Assembly: GCA_963796105.1 (NCBI GenBank)
Contig: CAWCKJ010000004.1
Coordinates: forward strand, 1,088,001-1,152,000
Source: a candidate division FCPU426 bacterium
Lineage (GTDB): Bacteria; Oederibacteriota; Muellerivitia; Muellerivitales; Muellerivitaceae
Reading direction: 5' to 3'
DNA length: 64,000 bases
The notes below the pieces were generated by a model. It saw nothing but the letters and a program-made list of their open reading frames with translations, made no database searches and was not told the DNA's origin. Shown piece by piece: positions 31,068 through 40,588 of the stretch. Positions within the stretch are counted from its first letter, which is position 1. The number at the start of each line of letters is the position of its first letter. Made by a program: the position numbers and the translations under genes.

Positions 31068-31322
31068 TCTCTCCCCCTGGCGTTGAAATGGACTATTTTC
31101 ATGTGTTTCCTACCACAGGCATGTCTGGAAAAGCAAAGGGCTTACCCTAGATATTCACCCCAGGGACTCGGAGATTCAGGAAAAGTCGTTATTTTTAATA
31201 AAATTTTCTTATTAACAGGCTGTTAAAAAAGCCCGCTTTGGGGACTGATTAAGCAACTTGTTAATGCCCTCGCGTGGGCATGGGCCAACCCCTCGGCTGG
31301 CCGATCATGTTCTCAAGGATCG

Positions 31323-32034
31323 GGGCTCTTGCCAATTTAGTTTCACTAGGAACACCTTAATGCCGACGGAAATGTGGGCGGTTTATCTCCCCTTTCCGAC
31401 GGAAAACAGGTCTCCTGCCAATTTAGATTACCAAGTTACCACCCATGCCGACGGGAATGTGGGCAGGTTATCTCCTCTTTCCGACGGAAAACGGGCTTCC
31501 TGCCAATTTAGTTTACCGGGTTATCCTCCTTGACGATGGAAATACCGGTAGGTGTCACCAGGTTATCCCGGGTTACCGACGGAAAACCGGGCTCCTGCCA
31601 ATTTAGTTTCCCGGGTTACCGCCATGCCGACGGGAATGTGGGCAGGTTATCTCCTCTTTCCGACGGAAAACGGGCTTCCTGCCAATTTAGTTTCCTGGGT
31701 TATCCTCCTTGACGATGGAAATACCGATAGGTGTCACCAGGTTATCCTAGGTTGCCGACGGAAAAACAGGTAGCTGTCACCAGGTTATCCCGGGTTACCG
31801 ACGGAAAAACCTGTCTTCTGCCAATTTAATTTACTGGGTTACCGCCCATAATGACGTGAATGTGGGCAGGTTATCTCCACAGATTTCTTATAAATCTGCG
31901 CTGGCAATCATTGCCCTCGGCTTGATGCCTCGGGCAGCCAGCCCTTGCCGACGGAAATCAGGGCTCCTGCCAATTTAGTTTACCGAGTTACCGCCCGTGC
32001 CAACGGGAAACCTGTTTTCCTGCCAATTTAGTTT
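31323..32034. repeat. Complex non-coding tandem repeat array (33/43/52-bp units)
   Basis: About 14 CGACGG(A/G)AA anchors and 8 copies of TGCCAATTTA(G/A) (31330, 31416, 31501, 31596, 31680, 31819, 31968, 32021). Includes a 179-bp near-perfect tandem duplication. Confidence 0.92.
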
Positions 32035-32207
32035 GATGATTTAGCTTATAGAACTTGTAAAGAAAAAATTGGAAAATACTCACATTTCGAAATGGCTTTA
32101 GGTCTATTTGCTGATTGGGTATATCGCTCTTATCTCCCGATTTTGTCCATCGGGTGGACTTAATTGGCAAGAAGCCGGGCCTTTAGCCTATGGATCGGAG
32201 GGATCCA

Positions 32208-32657
32208 ATGGTTCAAGAATCGCCTTTTATGCGTTTTCTGAAATTCCTCGATGGTTTGGCAGAGGATGAATCCCCCAGAGTGCGCCCAGCACCAGCCCCA
32301 CCCCCAAAACCGGCGCCTATCCAATCCGAGGCATACAAAAACAGGAAGCTGGGCCGAAAACTTCACCGGGAAGGTATCAAGGATATGCAACGGATCGCCG
32401 ACTTGATTGAACGCTGTGGGGAAGCCAAGCCGGGCGAACTCGCCCAAAAGCTGGGCATGTCACGCAGTACCCTGACTTATAACCTAAAGCGGCTGATGAG
32501 GCATGACCCGGGGTTTGAGGGGCATAGACGGGACTTTTGGACCCGTCGGCCGCTGAGGGCGGTGTTGGGCGAAAAGCGGCTTGAGAAGTTGGGGTCAGGC
32601 AATAGCGTGCGTTACCGTATTGTTCAAGAGCCGGTGAAAAAGTCCCCGGAATCCTAA
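32208..32657 (+). CDS. Winged helix-turn-helix DNA-binding protein
   Basis: PGELAQKLGMSRSTLTYNLKRL HTH and LEKLGSGNSVRY wing; very basic. GGAGGG precedes ATG 32208. Confidence 0.75.
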   Translation: MVQESPFMRFLKFLDGLAEDESPRVRPAPAPPPKPAPIQSEAYKNRKLGRKLHREGIKDMQRIADLIERCGEAKPGELAQKLGMSRSTLTYNLKRLMRHDPGFEGHRRDFWTRRPLRAVLGEKRLEKLGSGNSVRYRIVQEPVKKSPES

Positions 32658-32664
32658 TGAGTCT

Positions 32665-33126
32665 TTAAAGATCCTCGGGTTGGATCGTCCAAAGCAGTTG
32701 GTTGCCTGCCTCCGCCCTTTCCAGGGCGACTACGCCCGCAGTGGAAAAATCGAAAGCCTCCGGATTGCTCACGTAATCGAGGAAGAGCGCCATGAGGGAT
32801 TTTAAAAAAGGCATGTGGCTGACAAGCATCAAATCCCCTTGGGTCCTGTGGATTTCCATGAAGATTTCCCCGACCTTTCCCTCCGGCACCAGTTCCTTCT
32901 TCTCAACCAGGGCTTCGGGGGGAAGGCCCAACAACCCATGTATGACCTTGGCGGTCTGGGCCGCACGGGGCAGGGGGCTGTGCCATAGGGTGAAGGGGGT
33001 TATTTTTCTCTTTCTCAGGGCCGAACCCACCTTGGCCACGGCTTTCTCGCCCTTGGGGGTCAAGACCGAGGGCTTGCCGGCTCCGGGGGACGCGGCGTTC
33101 CCGTGGCGCATCAAGTACAGCCTCAT
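32665..33126 (-). CDS. sixA: Phosphohistidine phosphatase SixA family
   Basis: MRLYLMRHG, LTPKG, HSPLPRAAQTA, LVSHMP. Confidence 0.88.
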   Translation of the reverse strand: MRLYLMRHGNAASPGAGKPSVLTPKGEKAVAKVGSALRKRKITPFTLWHSPLPRAAQTAKVIHGLLGLPPEALVEKKELVPEGKVGEIFMEIHRTQGDLMLVSHMPFLKSLMALFLDYVSNPEAFDFSTAGVVALERAEAGNQLLWTIQPEDL

Positions 33127-33674
33127 TTTTTTCTCCCCTTGGGGGATTTTTTAACTGGCTTGCTCCCAAATTCCTCCAGGTGGTAGAAGTGGTGGAAGTG
33201 GGGCATCCGGTCGATATAAAAGTTCCCATTCAGGTGGTCCACCTCGTGCTGGAGAACCCTGGCCTCGAAGCCCCCCAGGGTCTTGCGCACCTTGACGCCT
33301 CCCAAGGTCAGGGCTTCGAAAGTCACGCTTTCGGAGCGGGGAACCATGCCCCGGTAACCGGGAATGCTCAGGCATCCCTCCCAGTCCTCCACGGCCTTTT
33401 TGGAATATTTCACGATGCGGGCGTTCAGGTAAGCCTGGAGGGGGAAGCGGGGCCTGTTGGGGTATCGCTTGTTTCCTTTGCATTCCATGACCAGGATCCT
33501 GCGGTTGTCGCCCACCTGGTTGGCGGCAAGCCCAACCCCCTGAGCCAGCCGCATGGTCTCCAGCATTTTCGCGACGAAGGCCCCGACCTTGCTTGAAACC
33601 GCCTCTTTGGGGGATAAATCCCTCGTTAACTTCCGCAGGACGGGACGGCCGATTTTCACGATGGTTTGCGCCAT
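33123..33674 (-). CDS. def: Peptide deformylase
   Basis: GVGLAANQVG, EGCLS, QHEVDHLNG. Confidence 0.96.
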   Translation of the reverse strand: MAQTIVKIGRPVLRKLTRDLSPKEAVSSKVGAFVAKMLETMRLAQGVGLAANQVGDNRRILVMECKGNKRYPNRPRFPLQAYLNARIVKYSKKAVEDWEGCLSIPGYRGMVPRSESVTFEALTLGGVKVRKTLGGFEARVLQHEVDHLNGNFYIDRMPHFHHFYHLEEFGSKPVKKSPKGRKK

Positions 33675-34014
33675 GAAAGGGTTCTCTTTTTTATATTTTT
33701 ATCGCTTCTCTGAATCCTTAAACTTTTAACGCTTGATTTTACCACGCCATGAGATAGGCCCAGGTTCTATCCATGCTTTATTTCATTTTCCAAAAACCGC
33801 CTGAAAGGAGTGAAGTTTTTAGGGTGGCAATCAATGGCAAGGGGTAAAATAAAAGAACTAGTAAGACTCGATTTTTAGCCAAATGCCCAAAATGTCATGT
33901 TTGGGTTTGGCAGCTATGATGTGTTCGTCATCGGTTTTTAATTATAAATGGAATAAAGACCTTTTTTAACACGCTATTAAAAAGGAAACTTTAAAGCCAT
34001 AAGGGTGGGCTGAT

Positions 34015-35258
34015 ATGAAAACCCGGGTTATTTTGTTTATTCAATTTTTAGGCGCATTTATTGCCATAGGTTTACCCGATCAAGGATGGGCTCAAAACAT
34101 CATTGAGACGGATCTCGGGACACAACCACCCTCGATATTGGTACAAAATCTCATGGGCGGCGGAGTGGCCTTCAGCAACGTGACTTACCAGGGAGTAGGG
34201 GGATCATCCGGCACTTTCACCGGGGGAAACGGAATTATCGGGTTCGGTTCGGGAATCATCCTCAGCACGGGGCTTGCCGCCAGCGTGGTGGGCCCCATGC
34301 GGACGAGACTATGAGCACCTGCAACGGGACACCCGGTGACACGGATTTAACCGCCCTGGCGGGCGGGGTTCAAACTAATGACGCGACGGTCCTTTCCTTT
34401 GATTTTGTCCCGACTTACAACACGATTTCCTTCCAATACGTATTCGCCTCGGAAGAATACAACGAATTCGTCGACTCGATGTTCAATGATGTTTTCGCTT
34501 TTTACATCAACGGGATCAATGTGGCCCTCATACCCGGCACCAACACGATCGTCTCGATCAACAATGTCAACGACTGTGTCAATTCGGCCTATTTCATCGA
34601 CAACGTGGGAAGTTCCCAGGGAGGGGGTTGCGGGTTGAACGTCCCCTCGGCGAACTTGAACGCCTCCTTGAACGGGTTGACCACCGTATTGACGGTGAAC
34701 GCCTCCGTGAATCCGGGCGTAAACAACCATATCAAACTGGCCATTGCGGACGTGGAGGATTGCGAATTGGACTCGAACGTCTTCATCCAGGCCAACAGCT
34801 TCGCCAGTGTCCTTACCAACACGCCCACGGGTACCCCCGCGTTCACCCTAACCCCCACCCCGACTCCGACAATGACGGATACTCCCACATTTACCCCGAC
34901 GCCAACCAATACACCCACGATCACTCCGACTTCATCTTTCACACCAACCCCCACTTTTACGCCAACAGTGACCCCCACGCCCACTTGCGAGGTCCTTGTT
35001 TGGCCCGATCCTTATAACCCGGCTCACGCGGTGGGGGGGGTGTTCAAGGTCAGTTGCATGCCTCCGGGCGCGATCGTGAGCATCTATACGCTCTCGGGAG
35101 AATACGTGAACCAGGCTGGGGAATCGCGCGGCCTGGTGATTTGGGATGGCCGGAACAAGTACGGTTCTTACGTATCAGCGGGCATCTATTATTATGTTGC
35201 CCAGCAGGGCGGGAGAACCCTCAAGACGGGAAAGTTCCTGGTGACAAACGGTTATTGA
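34015..35258 (+). pseudogene. Secreted choice-of-anchor-L-like protein with Thr/Pro linker and FlgD-Ig/T9SS-like C-terminus, split by a 1-nt frameshift
   Basis: Signal peptide and GIILSTG in ORF 34015-34314. [23 protein letters not shown]...DSNVFI, TPTP and WPDPYNP..WDGRN..G...SAGIY in ORF 34311-35258. One extra A near 34297 gives GPNADETMS in frame. Confidence 0.75.
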
Positions 35259-35347
35259 TCGGATGAGCCTTATATTTTATATTTACGGGAGCAAACCCGT
35301 AGGTTAAGCCAGCCGTAAATTCCGAATTCATTCCCCAAGGTATCAAC

Positions 35348-35803
35348 GTGAAAATAGAAATCAGGCCATACAGGCCGGAGGATGAGAAGGCGGTGGTCAG
35401 GCTCTGGAAAGAATGCGGACTGGTCGTGCCGGAAAACGACCCGGCGAAGGATATCCAGCGGAAAATGAAAGACCATCCGGAGCTTTTCCTGGTCGCCCTG
35501 GGGGATGGGGAATTAGTGGGGAGCGTGATGGGAGGCTACGACGGGCACAGGGGAGCGGTTAATTACCTGGCGGTCTTGCCAACGCGCCAGCGCCGGGGCA
35601 TCGGGCGGATGCTGATGGCGGAGTTGGAAGGCGAGTTACAAAAACTGGGTTGTCCCAAGATCAACCTGTTCGTGCGGATGAGCAACGCCGCGGTCGGCTC
35701 CTTTTACGGGAAAATCGGGTTTCAACTAAACCAGGTCGCCATCGCTTTTGAAAAAAGAATGATTCATGACGGCTTGGAAAGCGATCATCCTCCTGGCGAA
35801 TAA
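35348..35803 (+). CDS. GNAT acetyltransferase (YpeA-like)
   Basis: GSVMGGYDGHRG.VNYLAV...QRRGIG, GCPKINL, FYGKIGF. Confidence 0.9.
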   Translation: MKIEIRPYRPEDEKAVVRLWKECGLVVPENDPAKDIQRKMKDHPELFLVALGDGELVGSVMGGYDGHRGAVNYLAVLPTRQRRGIGRMLMAELEGELQKLGCPKINLFVRMSNAAVGSFYGKIGFQLNQVAIAFEKRMIHDGLESDHPPGE

Positions 35804-35810
35804 AAACCGG

Positions 35811-38258
35811 TCATTTCAAGGCGGTTGGAGGAAGAATCTCGTAGTTTTCCCGGCCCGGGGGCTTCCAAAGCATATGAAACACTGTCTCAAATCCCCCCTC
35901 CTGTCTTAGCCGTACGACCACCGGGTAATCCTTGCTTTCCAGTGATAATCCTGCCTCTTGGTTGGAAACGCCGATCTTTTTCCCGTTTATCTCCAATTCA
36001 GCTTTGATGTGGTCGGAATTGAGCATCAGGAAATGGTAGAGGCCAGCTTTGGGGGGATGAAGGACGGCCTTCCATTCCGCCAGCAGGTTAGACGGGTTCT
36101 TCAAGGGAAAATCATCCCGGTAGGAAAAATTCAAGAGGGGCTCGGACTCCACTAGTAAAGGCCCGGAATTCGCGTCGGTCGTAAACCTGTATATCCCCAT
36201 CCAGCCTTGCGAAAAGCGGTGGGGGATAAACCTGCCGGCATCCAGAGGAAGATAAGGCCCTTTTTCAAATGATTCCTCAACGGCCAAACCCTCCCAGGAT
36301 CCGGAACTCAGGGTGAAATTCAGTGGATGAAAACCCCTGGCCAAAAATTGGGGGCGGTCTGTTATCCAGGGACAATCGCCCGATAGGCTCACTTTGGCGG
36401 GGCCCTTGATGCGGTAGCGGTAGGTCCCTTGTTTTTCCACCCAGAAACTCCCGGTCAGGTGAAGTTTACGGGAATCTTTCGGCAGATGGTCCGGGAAATC
36501 GGTAAAGGAACCCTGGGGAAAGCCGCTCAATCCCCTGTTGCGGGCGCAAGACCCGGGCGGCACGCGGAAGAAATACAAATAGGGATGGCCCCAAGGATCC
36601 AATAACTTTTCCACGGTTCCCCCGGGATATAGATCCTGGAGAACGGATAAAACCCCGGTGCGTCCCTCCTGAAGGGCGAAAAACAAGCCCCGGCCCGGGG
36701 AAGGGGAAAGATACCGGAAAGAGCCGGGCAGATCCAGGGAGCGCATATGTTCCCGCTGGGAATGGCCCAGGAAAAGCACGACGAACCGTCCGAAGAAAGC
36801 GGGGGAAAGATAATAATCATAAGAATCCCCCTCCCCCGCGATAGCCTGCCCGATCTTCATCGGCGCCGCGCCGGCTTCCCGCCAGGCAGTCACGTTCCGG
36901 GGACGGTCGATGAAATAAACCTTGAAGTTCTCCGCGGCGATAAACAGCACGATGAAAACGCCCGAAAGGATTAATAATTTCCGGCTTTCCTTATGGAATG
37001 GGATTTTTTCCCAAAACTCGAAAGCCGCGTTTGCCCCCAAATAGGCGACAAAGGGGGAAACGCACAGCACGCGGCTGGCGTGGGTCGGATCCATTGAAAG
37101 AAGCCCCGGCAGGCAGAGAATCGTCAAACCCGCGAGTCCGTAAAAATACTTTCTTTCCTTCCAGCGCTTGAGGGCCATAAAGAAGCCAAGGACGAAGAGG
37201 ACCGCCGTGGCGTGGTCCAAGAGGGGGTGTCCCGGCAGGCTGTCCTGGGAATAGGGGGAACCGATTCGGGTCAATACCAGCGGCGCCCGGCACAGGTTTT
37301 GCCAAAGGGGCGCCAGGCTTTTTTCTTCCATCATTTTTTGCCCCACGAAAAGATGGTCATCGTAAGTGGCGCCGATCAACCAATGGTTTTGAATCATGGA
37401 TTTCCAGCAGGGGAAGGACACAACCAGGCAAACCACTAGAAAGACCCCGATCCCTTTCAGTTGGGAGCGCGTTTTTTCCTTGTCGAGCCGAAGTTCATAC
37501 AGCAGAAGCGCGGCGAGAAGCAGGAAGCTGGCCCGGAAGGAGGGGTGGGCGTAAAAACCCGCGCCGGCGAAAAACCCCGCGAGGGCCCAATAAATCAACC
37601 GCCCGGCGCGCCAGCCCATCCGGGCGAAGGCCAGCATGGCCGTCACGTAAAAAACCGCCGTGACGATGGGATGCCCGTTGCGGCTCAAGGTGACATGCCA
37701 TTGCATTACCGACCAAAGGAAGAGGGTCAAGAGCGCGGTCCTGGGCCCGGCCAGGTCCCGGAAAAACCAATAAGCCAAGGGGAAGGATATCAAAGAGAAA
37801 AAAACGAAGAAAAAACTGTAAGCCATCCTGCTGGGGTCGAAAAGGTGGAACCAGAGGAAGGAAAGAAAATCTATGTCCAGGTAGGCCATGGCGATGTGGT
37901 TCGGGTCGAACAGGACCCATTGGGAGGGAGGCGACGAGAAACCCAGCCAGGGGCCGCAAGTCTCCTCGATGGTCATGCCTTGCGGCAAATCCAGGATTTT
38001 GTAAAGGCGGAAAAATAACGCGACCATGCCGATGGCCGAGGCGATCAGGATCTCGGACTTGGGGGAAAGGCCTTCGGACGCGGGGGGTGAGGCGGTGTCC
38101 CCCGGCCTTGAGCGAACGAATATCAAAATCGCGAGGGCGTAAAGGAGGAGTCCGGGAAGAAGGGTCCAATTCTCCGCGCTGTCGGCCATGAGGAACTGGG
38201 CGACGATAGCCAAAAGCAAAGAGGCTAAAAGGGATTGAAACCGCCAAGGGGATGACAT
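35811..38258 (-). CDS. ArnT/PMT-like (GT-C) glycosyltransferase with C-terminal PA14-like domain(s)
   Basis: FRLYKILDLPQG..EE, WHVTLSR.G, many TMs; C-terminus LLNFSYRDDFP..AEWKAVLHPPKAGLYHF..MLWKPPG. Confidence 0.78.
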   Translation of the reverse strand: MSSPWRFQSLLASLLLAIVAQFLMADSAENWTLLPGLLLYALAILIFVRSRPGDTASPPASEGLSPKSEILIASAIGMVALFFRLYKILDLPQGMTIEETCGPWLGFSSPPSQWVLFDPNHIAMAYLDIDFLSFLWFHLFDPSRMAYSFFFVFFSLISFPLAYWFFRDLAGPRTALLTLFLWSVMQWHVTLSRNGHPIVTAVFYVTAMLAFARMGWRAGRLIYWALAGFFAGAGFYAHPSFRASFLLLAALLLYELRLDKEKTRSQLKGIGVFLVVCLVVSFPCWKSMIQNHWLIGATYDDHLFVGQKMMEEKSLAPLWQNLCRAPLVLTRIGSPYSQDSLPGHPLLDHATAVLFVLGFFMALKRWKERKYFYGLAGLTILCLPGLLSMDPTHASRVLCVSPFVAYLGANAAFEFWEKIPFHKESRKLLILSGVFIVLFIAAENFKVYFIDRPRNVTAWREAGAAPMKIGQAIAGEGDSYDYYLSPAFFGRFVVLFLGHSQREHMRSLDLPGSFRYLSPSPGRGLFFALQEGRTGVLSVLQDLYPGGTVEKLLDPWGHPYLYFFRVPPGSCARNRGLSGFPQGSFTDFPDHLPKDSRKLHLTGSFWVEKQGTYRYRIKGPAKVSLSGDCPWITDRPQFLARGFHPLNFTLSSGSWEGLAVEESFEKGPYLPLDAGRFIPHRFSQGWMGIYRFTTDANSGPLLVESEPLLNFSYRDDFPLKNPSNLLAEWKAVLHPPKAGLYHFLMLNSDHIKAELEINGKKIGVSNQEAGLSLESKDYPVVVRLRQEGGFETVFHMLWKPPGRENYEILPPTALK

Positions 38259-38425
38259 TGGGTTATTTTAATGGTCCAAAGGGCGATTGAGGATATTTTC
38301 TGGAAAAGAGGCGAATCCTTCCAGACTTCCTAATTGTATATAATGGCACCCAAGTCAAAATTCCAGGTTCCCCGGACGGACCATCCCTGAAATCTAAAAC
38401 GTTCCAATCCCTTAATCCTTTTCTG

Positions 38426-40567
38426 TTGGCCCTAGGCGCTTTGGCGTTCGCGGCCCTTGGGCAAGCCCAATGGGTCCAGCGGGAAAAGCCGGTCACGGTC
38501 CTAACCGGGTTCCTTTTTTTCTCCGCGGCCGTTTTCCTTTTCGAGAGGCTTTTTCGCGATAAGGCCACCCTAGGCCCGGGCCCCTATCCAGAAAGGGGCC
38601 GGGAAAGACTTTTATTCTTTCTTATCCTGTTAACCGCTTTTTTCCTCCGCGTTTACCGGATCGCGGATTTTCCGGCCGGCATGTTCAACGACCAAAGCTC
38701 CGAATGCCTGAGCGTCCTTCGGATACTCCGGGAAGGCTGGCATCCTTCCTTCCAGGAAATATTCCAACAGCCGGTCTGCGTCCCCAGTGTTTACGGCTAC
38801 CTTCTGCTTTGGTTCAGTCTTTTCCCGGCGACCCAGGTTTCCTTTTTCCTCGCTTCGGTGGTAATATCCCTGGCCGCCTTTCCCCTCCTTTACCGGGTTT
38901 TCCGCCATTTGTCCGGTCCAGCCGCGGCCCTCTCCGCGGTTTTCTTCATGGCAGTCATGCGATGGCACCTCACCTACAGCCGGGACGGCCATCCCGCCAT
39001 TGAGATCCCCTTTTACATGGGTCTTTCCCTGGCCGTTTGGCTTTATTCCGTCAAACACAGGAAAACCTGGGCCTTCGCCTTGACCGGCGTATTCTTGGCC
39101 GCCTTGCTTTATTCCTACCAGGTGGGCAAGGCGTTCGCCGTCCTCATGGCGGTTTACGCCGCCTATGAATGGCTGAAAGACCCAAAATCCCGGGGCCGTT
39201 TTTTAGGACAGCTGGTTTTGCTTTTTGCGGTTTGCGGGTTCCTATGCGCCCCCCTCCTTCGGGAAATGGCCTCCCAAAAATCGTTAGGCTGGCGCGAAAA
39301 TGAGTTGATGGCCTTCCCCGGGGTTTACCTTCAAGGAGGCCTCCGGGGGATCTGGGACCAAATTCTCGGGACGGTTTTCGCTTTTAACCGATCGGGGGAT
39401 GCCTGGTATTACCACAATATTCCCGGGCACAGGCTTTTGGATGATGGAATGGGAATCCTTTTTGTGCTCGGCTTTTTCCACGCGATTTTCCGGATCAAGG
39501 AGAGGGCGTCCTTTTACGCCTTGGCCGGATTGGCTGTCATGTGCCTGCCGGCCTTCCTGTCCGTGAACCCCAACCACGCCAGCCGGCTTTTCGGCGCCAT
39601 CCCTTTCATTGTTCTCCTGTGCGGAATTTTCCTCTCCCGGCTCCTCTCCGCGTTGAGCGCAGCGAAATTCGGGACGAAGGGAAGCCTCTTTCTCGCGGCG
39701 GCTTTTCTTATTTTTTGCGCCGGACAAAATTTCCAAAATTATTTTTACGGCCAAGCGGTCCAGGAGGAATGCTGGAGGGTCGGATACGGGGCGGAAGCGT
39801 CCTGGGTCGGGAAGTCCATCGCCCGTGACGGTGGAACCTGTTCCTATCTTCTTTGCCCCCATTTTTACGGCCAATATACGGTGCGGTTCCTGGGCTACGA
39901 CCATCAGGACGCCATGTTTCCCCTGCGATTGCCCGACTCCATGAACCTGGGCACCCTTCCAAAAGATAAAGACGTATGCCTGGCGTTGGAGGAGGGCCAA
40001 ACGGGAATCCTGGAATTGTTCCAGGCGCTATATCCCGGCGGGGAACTCCAGACCCTTAAATCGTCCGGCGGAGCCAGCGTCGCTTATCTTTACCGGATCA
40101 GCCGAATGGCGATGGGGAATGCGCAGCCGGCGGAAAAAGCCCTGGGCCGAAATTTCGGACTAGAGGGGTGTTACCAGGTCCTGGACGATAAGGGGGATGC
40201 GATTACCGTCAGACATCTGGACCCATTGCTCAATTTCACTTTCCGAAACGATTTTCCTGTCACCCGCTTCCCCCCTCTTCAGGTCCGGTGGGAGGGTGGT
40301 CTCTTCTGCCCCCGGGAAGGCCCCTATCTTTTCCTGGCATTGAGCCACGACCCCGCCGAGCTTTTAATCGACGGGAAAAAGGTCCTTCGGGAAGGCAACC
40401 AGGGCTCAATGCCGTTTTATCTTCGCAAAGGGCTCCATCGGATTCAGGCCGGCTTGAGCAAAACCTCGGGGGTTGACACGGCCTTCAGCCTGCTATGGAA
40501 GAAAAAAGACGACCGTAATTTCCAGGTTATTCCCGCGGAGAACTTGCGGCGTTTCGGCCCAAGATAA
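38426..40567 (+). CDS. ArnT/PMT-like (GT-C) glycosyltransferase with PA14-like domain; divergent paralogue of 35811-38258
   Basis: LRVYRIADFPAG..DQ, WHLTYSRDG, PGHRLLD, LLNFTFRNDFP..VRWEG.L..P.EGPYLF. Start uncertain. Confidence 0.78.
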   Translation: MALGALAFAALGQAQWVQREKPVTVLTGFLFFSAAVFLFERLFRDKATLGPGPYPERGRERLLFFLILLTAFFLRVYRIADFPAGMFNDQSSECLSVLRILREGWHPSFQEIFQQPVCVPSVYGYLLLWFSLFPATQVSFFLASVVISLAAFPLLYRVFRHLSGPAAALSAVFFMAVMRWHLTYSRDGHPAIEIPFYMGLSLAVWLYSVKHRKTWAFALTGVFLAALLYSYQVGKAFAVLMAVYAAYEWLKDPKSRGRFLGQLVLLFAVCGFLCAPLLREMASQKSLGWRENELMAFPGVYLQGGLRGIWDQILGTVFAFNRSGDAWYYHNIPGHRLLDDGMGILFVLGFFHAIFRIKERASFYALAGLAVMCLPAFLSVNPNHASRLFGAIPFIVLLCGIFLSRLLSALSAAKFGTKGSLFLAAAFLIFCAGQNFQNYFYGQAVQEECWRVGYGAEASWVGKSIARDGGTCSYLLCPHFYGQYTVRFLGYDHQDAMFPLRLPDSMNLGTLPKDKDVCLALEEGQTGILELFQALYPGGELQTLKSSGGASVAYLYRISRMAMGNAQPAEKALGRNFGLEGCYQVLDDKGDAITVRHLDPLLNFTFRNDFPVTRFPPLQVRWEGGLFCPREGPYLFLALSHDPAELLIDGKKVLREGNQGSMPFYLRKGLHRIQAGLSKTSGVDTAFSLLWKKKDDRNFQVIPAENLRRFGPR

Positions 40568-40588
40568 CCCGCGTCTATTGGGTCAGGC

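Noticed and set aside
31211..31231. CAGGCTGTTAAAAAAG resembling an IS end
   Set aside because: No partner inverted repeat, TSD or transposase was found nearby.
31258..31773. Short ORFs within the repeat array
   Set aside because: The 43- and 52-bp units break the reading frame, and the same peptides recur in different frames, which argues for non-coding DNA.
31323..32034. CRISPR array interpretation of the repeats
   Set aside because: Inter-repeat segments are themselves repeated, there are no unique spacers, unit lengths vary, and no cas genes are present.
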